From contig CM059438.1 in the NCBI GenBank assembly GCA_030390025.1, forward strand, positions 60,948,001 through 61,012,000: a DNA stretch of 64,000 nucleotides, written 5' to 3'. A program made the position numbers and the translations under genes. The DNA is from Squalus acanthias. Its lineage: Eukaryota. Below are positions 12,433-23,539 of the stretch, one piece after another (positions within the stretch are counted from its first letter, which is position 1; each line of letters opens with the position of its first letter). Under the pieces are notes generated by a model, which saw only the letters and a program-made list of their open reading frames with translations, had not been told where the DNA came from and did no database searches.

Positions 12433-14738
12433 TCGAGGAACCAACTAGAGATCAGGCCATCTTAGATTGGGTATTATGTAATGAGAAAGGATTAATTGGC
12501 AATCTTGTTGTGCGAGGCCCCTTGGGGAGGAGCGATCATAATATGATAGAATTCTTCATTAAAATGGAGAGTGAAGTAGTTGACTCAGAGACTAGGGTCC
12601 TGAATTTAAATAAAGGAAACTACGATGGTATGAGGCACGAGTTGGCTAGGATGGATTGGGGAATGTTCCTTAAAGGGTTGACGGTGGATAGGCAATGGCA
12701 AACATTTAAAGATCGCATGGATGAACTACAGAATTTGTTCATTCTTGTTTGGCATAAAAATAAAACAAAAAAGGTGACTCAACCGTGGCTAACAAGGGAA
12801 ATTAGGGATAGCATAAGAGCCAAGGAGAGGACATATAAATTGGCCAGAAAAAGCAGCAAACCTGAGGATTGGGAGCAGTTTAGGATTCAGCAAAGGAGGA
12901 CAAAGGGATTAATTAAGAGGGGGGAAATAGATTATGAGAGTAAGCTTGCAGGGAACATAAAAACTGACTATAGATATGTGAAGAGAAAAAGATTGGTGAA
13001 GTCAAGCGTAGGTCCCTTGCAGTCAGAATCAGGGGAATTTATAATGGGGAACAAAGAAATGGCAGACCAATTAAATACATACTTTGGTTCTGTCTTCACA
13101 AAGGAGGACACAAATAACCTCCCAGAGATGTCGGGGAACATAGAGTCTAATGAGAGGGAGGAATTGAATGAAATCAGTATTTGTAGGGAAATGTTGTTAG
13201 GGAAATTGACAGGATTGAAGGCCGATAAATCCCCAGGGCCTGATAATCTACATCCTAGGGTACTTAAGGAAGTGGCCCTAGAAATAGTTGATGCATTGCT
13301 GGTCATCTTCCAAAATTCTATAGACTCTGGAACAGTTCCCATCGATTGGAGGATAGCTAATGTAACCCCACTATTTAAAAAAGGTGGGAGAGAGAAAACG
13401 GGGAATTATAGACCGGTATGCCTGACATCGGTAGTGGGGAAAATGCTAGAGTCCATTATAAAAGATGTAATCATGCTTGACTAATCTACTGGAATTTTTT
13501 GAGGCTGTAACTGGCAGAATAGATAAGGGAGAACCAGTGGATGTGGTGTATTTGGACTTTCAGAAGGCTTTCGATAAGGTCCCGCATAAGAGATTAGCGT
13601 GCAAAGTTAAAGCACACAGGATTGGGGGTAAGGTACTGACTTGGATATAGAACTGGTTGGCAAACAGGAAGCAAAGAGTTGGAATAAACGGGTCTTTTTC
13701 CGAGTGGCAGGCAGTGACTAGTGGGGTACCGCAAGGATCGGTGCTAGGACTCCAGCTATTCACAATATATATAAATGATCTAGACGAGGGAACTAATGTA
13801 ATATCTCCAAGTTTGCAGATGACACAAAGCTGGGTGGGCGTAGGTGCTGTGAGGAGGATGCAGAGAAACTCCAGTATGATTTGAACAGGTTGGGTGTTTG
13901 GGCAGATGCATGGCAAATGCAGTATAATGTGGATAAATGCGAGGTTATCCACTTTGGTGGCAAAAACAGGAAGACAGATTATTATCTGAATGACAATAGA
14001 TTGGGAAAAGGGGAAGTGCAACGAGACCTGGGTGTCCTTGTGCACCAGTCGCTGAAGGTAAGCATGCAGGTGCAGCAGGCGGTTAAGAAGGCAAATGGTA
14101 TGTTGGCCTTCATAGCGAGAGGATTCGAGTACAGGAGCAAGGATGTCTTGCTGCAGTTGTACAGGGCCTTGGTGAGACCACACCTTGAGTATTGTGTGCA
14201 GTTCTGGTCACCTTATCTGAGGGAGGATGTTCTTGCCATGGAGAGAGTGCAGTGAAGATTCACCAGACTGATACCTGGGATGGCAGGAATGATGTATGAG
14301 TAGAGATTGGGTCGATTAGGCTTATAATCGCTAGAGTTTAGAAGAATGAGAGGGGATCTCATTGAAACTTATAAAATTCTAACAGGACTAGACAGACTAG
14401 ATACAGGAAGGATGTTCCCGATGGCAGGGGAGTCCAGAACCAGGGGTCACAGTCTAAGGATAAGGGGTAATCCATTTAGGACTGAGATGAGGAGGAATTT
14501 CTTCACCTAGAGAGTGGTGAACCTGTGGAATTCTCTACCACACAAGGCAGTTGAGGCCAATTCATTAAATATATTCAAGAAGGAGTTAGATATATTTCTT
14601 AAGGCTAAAGGGATCAAGGAATATGGGGAGAAAGCAGGGACAGGGTACTGAATTTGGATGATCAGCCATGATCTCATTAAGTGGCGGAACAGGCTTGAGG
14701 GGCCGAATAGCCTACTCCTGCTCCTATCTTCTATGTTT

Positions 14739-16960
14739 CCGCTGTTTGCGCTTGGCTTCCGCTTGCTCCCGGCGAAGAGACTCGAGTTGTTCCGCGCCTT
14801 CCCGGATGCTTCTCCTGCACTTTGTGCAGTCTTGGGCCAGGGATTCACAGGTGTCGGTGGGGATGTTGCACTTTTTCAAGGAGGCTTCGAGGGTGTCCTT
14901 GAAGCATTTCCTCTGCTCACCTGGGGCTCTCTTGCCGTGTCGGAGCTCCGAGTAGAGCGCTTGTTTTGGGAGTCTCGTATCGGGCATGCGGACGATGTGG
15001 CCCGTCCATCGGAGCTGATCGAGCGTGGTCAAAGCTTCGATGCTGGGGATATTGGCCTGAGCGAGAACACTGACGTTGGTGCGCCTATCCTGCCAATGGA
15101 TTTGCAGGATCTTGCAGAGGCAGCATTGGTGGTACCTCTCCAGTGCTTTGAGGTGCCTGCTGTACATGGTCCATGTCTCTGAAGCATACAGGAGGGCGGG
15201 TTTCACTAATGCTCTGTAGACCATGAGCTTGGTGCTGGTTTTGAGGTCCTGGTCTTCAAACACTCTTTTCCTCAGGCGACCGAAGTCTGCACTGGCACAC
15301 TGAAGGCGGTGTTGGACTTCGTCATCGACGTCTGCCCTTGTTGACAGTAAGCTCCCGAGGTATGGAAAGTGGTCCACGTTGTCCAAGGCCTCGTCATGGA
15401 TTTTGATAATCAGGGAGCAGTACTGTGTGGCGGGGGCAGGTTGGTAGAGGACCTTTGTCTTACGAATGTTTAGTGTAAGGCCCATGCTCTCGTATGCTTC
15501 GGTGAAGGTGTTGACGATGGTTTGGAGTTCGACCTCAGAGTGTGCGCAGACGCAAGCGTCGTCTGCATACTGTAATTCGATGACAGAGGATGGGACGACC
15601 TTGGATCTGGACTGGAGGTGACAGAGGTTGAACAGTTTCCCGTTTGTTCTGTAGATTAGCTCCACTCCAGCGGGGAGCTTACTGAGGGTGAGATGGAGCA
15701 TTGCAGCCAGGAAGATCGAGAAGAGCGTTGGTGCGATGACACAGCCTTGCTTGACCCCGGTCTGTACGTGAATTAGGTCTGTGGTAGATCCATTGGTCAG
15801 GATCACAGCTTGCATGTCGTTGTGAAGCAGGCGGAGGATGGTGACAAACTTTTGAGGGCAGCCGAATTTGAGGAGGACTCTCCATAATCCCTCATGGTTG
15901 ACAGTGTTGAAGGCCTTTGTGAGGTCAAAGAAGGCCATGTACAGCGGTTGGTGCTGTTCCCTGCATTTCTCTTGTGGTCGACGCGTGGTGAAGATCATGT
16001 CCATTTTGTCCCTTAGTGTGCGGAATCCGCATTGCGACTCTGGGAGGAGCTCTTCAGCCACTGGGAGAAGGCGATTGAGGAGGATTCTTGCGATGACTTT
16101 CCCTGTGGCAGACAGCAGGGAGACTCCTCTGTAATTACCGCAATTGGACTTTTCACCTTTCTTGAAGATGGTCACGATTACAGCATCTCTGAGATCCCCT
16201 CGCATGCTCTCCTCCTTCCAAATAAGAGAAATGAGTTCATGTATTCGCGCCAATAGTGCTTCTCCGCCATGTTTTAGCGCCTCGGTGGGAATTCCATCTG
16301 CTCCTGAGGCCTTGTTGTCGGATGGCCTTTTCAACCACATGCCAGGCTGGTGTTGTGCTGAGGTGGTGGCGGGTAGCATGCTGCGGGATGGAGTTGAGGA
16401 CACTCGCGTCAAAAACAGAGTCTCGGTTAAGGAGATCTTCAAAGTACTCCTTCCAGGTCTTTGAGTGCTCCAGCGTTGATTTTCCTGCTTCTGTTGCCAC
16501 CGCTGTTTTGGGGCTACGTTGATGGAGATGACAGAGTGGATTAGGCGGTGGTCTGTCCAGCAGTCGTCAGCTCCTGTCATGGCACGGGTGATGCGGACGT
16601 CCTTGCGGTCCCTCGCTCGGACAATGACGTAGTCCAGCAGATGCCAGTGCTTGGAGCGAGGGTGTTGCCATGAAGCCTTGTACTTGTCTCTCTGATGGAA
16701 CAAGGTTTTGGTTATGACAAGGCCATGTTCTAGGCATTTCGTCAGGAGGAGGGTACCGTTGGAGTTGGCTTTCCCTACCCCCTCTCTGCTGATCACACCT
16801 CCCCAGAGGTCTGTGTCCTTTCCAACTCTGGTGTTAAAGTCGCCAAGGAGGATCAGTTTGTCGCCCGTTGGGACTTGGGACAGGGATTGTTCGAGGCTGG
16901 AGTAGAATTCCTCTTTGGTCTCGTCTGTGGCTTCCAGTGTTGGGGCGTACGCACTGATGA
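14739..16960 (-). mobile_element. RTE-clade (BovB-like) LINE fragment: partial endonuclease + RT
   Basis: 754-aa ORF with ISAYAPT, LGDFN, HPRSKHWHLLDY, DCWTDH, LPESQCGFR, GVKQGCVIAPTLF, LQYADD, FPYLGS. Confidence 0.92.
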
Positions 16961-17388
16961 CCTGTATCGAACCTTGGTTAGACCACACTTGGAGTACTGC
17001 GTACAGTTCTGGTCGCCATATTATAAAAAGTATATAGAGGCACTGGAGAAGGTGCAGAGAAGGTTTACAAGAATGATACCAGAAATGCGAGGGTATACAA
17101 ATCAGGAAAGGATGAACAGGCTGGGTCTCTTTTCTCTTGAAAAGCGAAGGCTGAGGGGTGACCTAATAGAGGTCTTTAAAATTATGAAAGGTTTTGATAG
17201 AGTAGATACAGAGAGAATGTTTCCACTTGTGGGGAGGAGCATAACTAGAGGCCATCAATATAAGATAGTCACCAAGAAATCCAATAGGGAATTCAGCAGA
17301 AACTTCTTTACCCAGAGAGTGGTGAGAATGTGGAACTCGCTACCACAGGGAGTAGTTGAAGTGAATCGTATAGATGCATTTAAGGGGT
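16961..17388 (+). mobile_element. CR1 LINE 3' fragment
   Basis: LYRTLVRPHLEYCVQFWSP...NFFTQRVVRMWNSLP. Confidence 0.9.
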
Positions 17389-17391
17389 ATA

Positions 17392-17860
17392 TGAGACCTC
17401 CTCTGTTCCAAAGAAAACAACCCCAGCCTATCCAATCTCTCCTCATAGCTAAAATTCCCCAGCCCAGGCAACATCCTCGTAAATCTCCTCTGCACCCTCT
17501 CTAGTGCAATCATATCCTTCCTGTAATGTGGTGACCAGAACTGCACACAGTATTCTAGCTGCGGCCTAACTAGTGTTTTATACAGTTCAAGCATAACCTC
17601 CCTGCACTTATATTCTATGCCTCGGCTAATAAAGGCAAGTATCCCATATGCCTTCTTAACCACCTTATCTACCTGTCCTACTACCTTCAGGGATCTGCGG
17701 ACATGCACTCCAAGGTCCCTCTGATCTTCTGCACTTCTCAGTGTCCTACCATTTATTGTGTATTCCCTTGCCTTGTTAGCCCTCCCCAAATGCATTACCT
17801 CACACTTCTCCAGATTGAATTCCATTTGCCACTGTTCTGCCCACCTGACCAGTCCATTGA
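17392..17860 (-). mobile_element. CR1 LINE RT C-terminal fragment, convergent with the preceding copy
   Basis: MEFNLEKCEVMHLG...RPQLEYCVQFWSPH. Confidence 0.9.
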
Positions 17861-18287
17861 TTGGTCAGTATTGATCCGTAATAATGAGGAAATTCTAAAG
17901 GGAATTGATAATATAGATTATGACAAGCTGCTTCACCTTGACCAGAGCAGTAGAAATCGAGGACATGGGTGGTGCCTGAAGAGGGGTCAATTCAAAACTA
18001 AACTGCGGAAGCTATATTTCAGTGAGTGAGTGATCAATCTACGGAAAAGGCTCCCTAGGGAGACGGTGGAAGCTGGAAGTATTGATGCATTCAAATCTTT
18101 CAAAAAATGATATATGGGATACAGTGTATGTGTAATTTGAGACATGAAATATGGTAAGTGTAGCGTGCTTGAGAGAAACAGCTGACTTAGAACCTGTGGT
18201 TCCCAAAGTTTTTCACCACCGGTCGGTTTTCTTTGCCCCATATAAACTTGTCTTATAAACTGACTGATATATATTACTTAGTATTGC

Positions 18288-19655
18288 ATAGAATGTACAG
18301 CACAGAAACAGGCCATTCGGCCCAACTGGTCCGTGCCGGTGTTTATGCTCCACACGAGCCTCCTCCCACCCCTCTTCATCTCACCCCATCAACATATCCT
18401 TCTATTCCTTTCTCCCTCATGTGTTTATCTAGCTTTCCCTTAAATGCTTCTATGCTATTCACCTCAACTACTCCCTGTGGTAGCCAGTTCCACATTCTAA
18501 CCACTCTTCAGGGAAAGAAGTTTCTACTGAATTCCTTTTTTGATTTATTAGTGACTATCTTATATATATGGACCTTAGTTCTGGTTTCCCCCACAAGTCA
18601 AAACATCTTCTCTACGTCTACCCTATCAAACCTGTTGATAATCTTAAAGACCTCTATCAGGTCACCCCTCGGTCTTCTCTTTTCGAGAGAAAAGAGTCCC
18701 AGCCTGTTCAATCTTTCCTGACAGGTATAACCTCTCAGTTCTGGTATCATTCTAGTAAATCCTTTTTGCACCTTCTCAGTGTCTCTATATCCTTTTTATA
18801 ATATAGAGACCAGAACTGTTCACAATACTCCAAGTGTGGTCTAACCAAGGTTCTATACAAGTTTAACATAACTTCCCTACTTTTCAATTCTATCCACTAA
18901 AAATGAACCCCAGTGCTTTGTTTGCTTCTTTATGTCCTTATTAACTTGCGCCGCTACTTTTAGTGATGTTTGAATCTGTCCCCCCAGATCCCTCTGTTCC
19001 TCTACCTCATTGAGACACTTATTTTCCAAGGAGTATGTGGCCTCCTTATTCTTCCTACCAAAATATACCACCTCACACTTATCTATATTGAAGTTCATTT
19101 GGCAATACACACCCATTCTGCAAGTTTATTGATGTCTTCCTGTAATTTGTCGCAGTCCTCCTCAGTATTAACTACACCCCTCAATTTGGTGTTGTCCGCA
19201 AATTTTGAAATTGTACTTCCGATTCCCGAATTCAAATGGTTTATGTAAATGGTGAACAACAGTTGTTCCAGCACCGATTCTTGTGGAAAAACATTTCCCA
19301 CCTTCTGCCAGTCTGAGTAACTACCTTTAACCCCTACTCTCTGTTTTCTGTTTTGAAGCCAGCTTGCTATCCATTCTGCTACTTGTCCCCTGACTCCACA
19401 TGTTCTGATCTTAGGCATGAGTCTACTATATGATAGCTTATCGAAGGCCTTTTGAAAATCCAAATATATTACGTCTACTACATTACCCTTATCTACCCTT
19501 CCTGTTACTTCTTCAAATAATTCAGTCAGGTTGGTCAAGCATGACTTTCCCTATTGAAATCCGTGCTGACTACTGTTTATTATATTTTCAGTTTCTAGAT
19601 GTTTTTCTATTACATCTTTGAGTAAAGATTCCATTATCTTTCCTACCGCTGACGG
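18288..19655 (-). mobile_element. CR1 LINE 3' half (decayed)
   Basis: YLDFQKAFDK and SKFADNTKL motifs; CR1 tail at ~18290-18340. Confidence 0.9.
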
Positions 19656-19807
19656 TAGAGATTGATTGCCATGATTAGTCAACAACTCTGTTATTGTTGT
19701 AGCATTCGACTGCCAGGATGCTAGAAGGCGAATTTGATGGTCCCTGGTCTTTTTTCCTCCAACAGTTCCTAGGTTCCAATCTCTAACAATGCAGCACTCC
19801 CTCAGTG

Positions 19808-20116
19808 GGCAACACGGTGGCATAGTGGTTAGCACTGTTGCCTCACAGCGCCAGGGACCTGGGTTTGAATCCGGCCTCGGGTGACTGTCTGTGTGGAGTT
19901 TGCACATTCTCCCCGTGTCTGCGTGGGTTTCCTCCGGGTGCTCCGGTTTCCTCCCACAGTCCAAAGATGTGCAGGTTAGGTTGATTTGGCTATGATATAT
20001 TGACCCTTAGTGTTAGGGGGATTAAATACATGGGGTTATGGGGATAGGGTGGGATATGTGTCGGTGCAGGCTCGATGGGCCGAAATGGCCTCTATCTGCA
20101 TTGTGGTGATTCTGTG
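19808..20116 (+). mobile_element. HE1-like V-SINE (tRNA head, V-domain, CR1-type tail), inserted in an older Deu-SINE remnant
   Basis: A box GGTGGCATAGTGGTTAG, B box GGTTTGAATCC, V-domain GTGTGGAGTTTGCACATTCTCCCCGTGTCTGCGTGGGTTT, tail GGCCGAAATGGCCT. Confidence 0.85.
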
Positions 20117-20644
20117 CTGCATTCATATTTCAGCTTGGATTGTGTCCTGGAGTGGTGCTTGAACCAACGACCATCCCGTGACAGTAATTGAAGAAGAGTA
20201 GAGAGTTGTCCTGGCCAACGTTTATTACTGAACCAACACCACCATCGCTGTGGATGGTGAGGCTTGTAGGACTGGAGGTCTATATATTGCTGCATATTGC
20301 AAGCTTGACCAAGATGAAAATGGTTAAAGGTCCCAAATGCAGGGCTGGAGGGTCAAGTTCACCTGAGTCAGTCTCTTCTAGCCATTACCACCCAATTGCT
20401 GAGCCCCATCAAACATGGAGCCACATAAACACTTGTTGATTCTTCCCAAATGGTTTTGTGCAGAAGGAGCATAGGAACAGTAATAGGCCACTACCCTCAT
20501 CGACCCTGACAGCCCTTCACGTCTCACAGCTGTCAAACAGTCCAAGCTTTCCATCCTCCTTTAACCCAACAAGTGCCCATCCAAGAGCCCCACTGACTCA
20601 CATTGTCCATGGTTAATGCTGCATTGTTGAGCTCTTTCAATTAA

Positions 20645-21735
20645 AGAAGAACGAAAGAAAGGCTTGTATTTATTTAGTGCCTTTCATCACCTCAGGACGT
20701 CGCAAAGCACTTTACAGCCAATTATGTAGCTTTGAAGTGTAATCACTGATGGGAAACGCGGCAGCCAATTTGCGCTTTGCAAACAGCAATGTGATAATGA
20801 CCAGATCATCTGTTTTTAGATGTTGGTTGAGGGACAGATATTGGCCGGGACACCGGGGAGAATTCCCCTGCTCCTCTTCCAAATAGTGCCGTAGGATCTT
20901 TTACGTCCACCTGAGAGGGAAGACAGGGCCTCGGTTTAACGTCTCATCCGAAAGATGGCACCTCCGACAGTGCCGCGCTCCCTCAGTACTGCCCCTCCGA
21001 CAGTGCAGCGCTCCCTCAGTACTGCCCCTCCGATAGTGCTGCACTCTCTCAGTACTGCCCCTCCGACAGTGCCGCACTCCCTCAGTACTGCCCCTCTGAC
21101 AGTGCCGCACTCCCTCAGTACTGCCCCTCCGACAGTGCAGCGCTCCCTCAGTACTGCCCCTCCGACAGTGCAGCGCTCCCTCAGTACTGCCCCTCCGACA
21201 GTGCAGCGCTCCCTCAGTACTGCCCCTCCGACAGTGCCGCACTCCCTCAGTACTGCCCCTCCGACAGTGCAGCACTCCCTCAGTACTGCCCCTCCGACAG
21301 TGCCGCACTCCCTCAGTACTGCCCCTCCGACAGTGCAGCGCTCCCTCAGTACTGCCCCTCTGACAGTGCCGCCCTCCCTCAGTACTGCCCCTCTGACAGT
21401 GCCGCACTCCCTCAGTACTGCCCCTCTGACAGTGCCGCACTCCCTCAGTACTGCCCCTCCGATAGTGCTGCACTCTCTCAGTACTGCCCCTCTGACAGTG
21501 CCACACTCCCTCAGTACTGCCCCTCCGACAGTGCAGCGCTCCCTCAGTACTGCCCCTCCGATAGTGCTGCACTCTCTCAGTACTGCCCCTCTGACAGTGC
21601 CGCACTCCCTCAGTACTGCCCCTCCGACAGTGCAGCGCTCCCTCAGTACTGCCCCCCAACAACGCAGTGCTCCCTCAGTACTGCTCCTCCGACAGCGCCA
21701 CACTCCCTCAGCACTGGAGTGTTGGCCTGGATTAA
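20645..21735 (-). mobile_element. Deu-domain SINE (SacSINE1-like) with an internal tandem expansion
   Basis: Tail and Deu core at 20645-20960; SINE sequence resumes after the array (GCACTGGAGTGTTGGCCTGGATT). Confidence 0.85.
20960..21712. repeat. 33-bp SINE-derived minisatellite (CCTCCGACAGTGCAGCGCTCCCTCAGTACTGCC)n, ~23 copies
   Basis: 11-aa periodic ORFs; the unit matches a single-copy segment of the other Deu-SINEs (e.g. 8268-8290, 35852-35880). Confidence 0.95.
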
Positions 21736-22191
21736 GAACTGGGAGGGTGATTGTTGGTTCCAACTTTACATCCATTTCCTGATTGATGATGACTGTATTG
21801 TTGAAGGCTGCACAACATCAACATCCAATTCCATGTATAAACTAGATTATCCCCTTTACCACATGCTCCCCATTCAGCCAGTCAGTGTTCACCTCATCAT
21901 ACAAGAGGCAATTAAACTCACCTCTAAAATAGAAGTGTTGTGGTGTATCTCGAGTCTTTAATAAACCTGCTTCCTTCATTTGAAACTGTTAATCTTTCTC
22001 ATGATGTAATTCTTTCCGTTCACACTGGTTGATTTTAAGATCTGATAAAGGTCAGTTATTGTTAGATGCACATATGTGTTGATTCTTGGATGCTTAAGGA
22101 TAAAAACATTTATTTTAAGAATTTGATTGCACAAGCGCTCTGGATCCATTACTGACACAACTTTACCTTGGAGTAAAACAGTGTCAGGTTT

Positions 22192-22741
22192 CCCGGCAGG
22201 AGCAACTCGGCTGTATTTAGGGTCAGGCCTGCGATTCTCGGGAGGTTTATTAAGAAGGTAAGTAGTGAATTAAGTATTTTTTTGAATTTTTTTTTACAGG
22301 TATATCTTTTTTATAGACTTTAAAGACAGGTAAGTTTATTTTTATAACTTTTTAAAAGATTTTAAATTTTTTCAAAAATTTAATTTTTTATTTAAAATGG
22401 TTAATTTAATTAACTATACTTATTTTATTAATGTGATGGTTTTTTTTTAAAATTTAATTGAGGTTTAGCTGTTATTTTGGGGGGGTGTAAGATTCATAAG
22501 TCTCTCAGCCATGCTGTGAGACTTATGAATGGAAGATGGTGTGCTGCCATTGGCTCTAACTGAGTCACGTGATCCCACAGCTCGCACGAATTAACTACGC
22601 CGCTGGGATACGCAAGCCCAGCACAGCAGCTGTCCAGAACATCAATTTCGTGCGAGCTGGATCAGAAAAAGCATAAGCGAGGTGAGACATCGCGGGAAAG
22701 GCTTACCCCCGCGGGAACAGAGCGAGATCAATTTCTGGGCC
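22192..22741 (+). mobile_element. Partial Harbinger-type MITE, diverged relative of 47944-48705
   Basis: Collinear AAGGTAAGT / ACAGG / AT-rich block / hairpin / CACGTGATCC; right TIR ATTTCTGGGCC followed by AAT. Confidence 0.7.
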
Positions 22742-22779
22742 AATCCGTTACCTTAGCCAGCAGTTTGGTCAAACATAAT

Positions 22780-23507
22780 GGTCCAGAAATTCCGATTTGG
22801 AAAAATCTCCGCCTGGACCGGAGGGCTCCCGGGAGGTGCAGAATTCCGTTGCTGTGCCTCTTCAAACTGCCGGTGTGCAGGGCACGCGTATCCCAGGGGC
22901 GCAGGCGGATCGCAGCGTCCCTGGGATCACGTGGGCCATGGGGAGCCAATCAGAGCAGGGAATCTCCATTCACAGATTTGACAGGAAGACCTGTCAAATC
23001 TATGAATAGAGATCAGCCCCAAAGCATAAGTAAAACTTCAAATAATTTTTTTTTTAATCACATTTTTAAAATGACTATAAATTACATAAATTAACTATTT
23101 TAAACAAAAATTTAAATTTTTGAAAAAAATAATTAAAGCTTTTAACGGGGCTAAAAATAAACTTACCTTTCTTTAAAGTATTTTAAAATGATAAATCAGT
23201 GGAAAAAAATTCTATTTTTTACTTTCTTCAACTATTAGCCTGGTAAAAGCAGGCCTTGCACCTGCTTTTCTAGGCGCAGCTGTTCCCCGACTTACCTGGA
23301 CTGAAGCAACTGTGAAAAAACCAGAAGTTTCTGCCGTACGCGCTGCCTATCCGGCGCAGGCGTTTGTCCAGTCAAGCCCCTTCTTCACAGAACGGAAGTT
23401 CCGGTTTCCAGCGCATGCGCAGTGCATGCGTAAAACCGGCACTTCCGTTGGTCCTACGGGTGAGTACACAGCGCGTACACACCCATAGGGAACGGAATCT
23501 CTAGGCC
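22780..23507 (-). mobile_element. Harbinger-type MITE (~730 bp) with imperfect 15-bp TIRs and 3-bp TSD AAT
   Basis: GGTCCAGAAATTCCG...CGGAATCTCTAGGCC; AAT on both sides; reverse-complement homolog of 47944-48705. Confidence 0.85.
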
Positions 23508-23539
23508 AATGAGATTCTGGGCATTGTGTGGCACATTGA

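Larger units (their letters stand above)
9680..14738 (+). mobile_element. Near-full-length decayed CR1 LINE: ORF1 SGNH/GDSL esterase (9712-10373), ORF2 APE endonuclease + RT; carries two nested insertions
   Basis: ORF1 motifs RAIVIG-x-x-IVRG, VHIGTNDIG, GLLPVP; ORF2 motifs CLNVRSIRNK, GITETWL, MGDFN, SDHN, PGPD, RPHLEYCVQFW; CR1 tail CCTACTCCTGCTCCTATCTTCTATGTT. Confidence 0.95.

Noticed and set aside
14724..16988. Intact autonomous RTE or domesticated RT gene
   Set aside because: The ORF start and stop are borrowed from flanking CR1 sequence; the endonuclease N-terminus and part of the linker are missing.
19808..19880. tRNA gene candidates (also ~50230-50300, ~54000-54060, ~35925-35985)
   Set aside because: tRNA-derived SINE heads continuing into SINE bodies; no complete cloverleaf or terminator.
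20901..21782. Mucin-like STAPPTV repeat ORF
   Set aside because: Translation of a 33-bp SINE-derived minisatellite; open on both strands.
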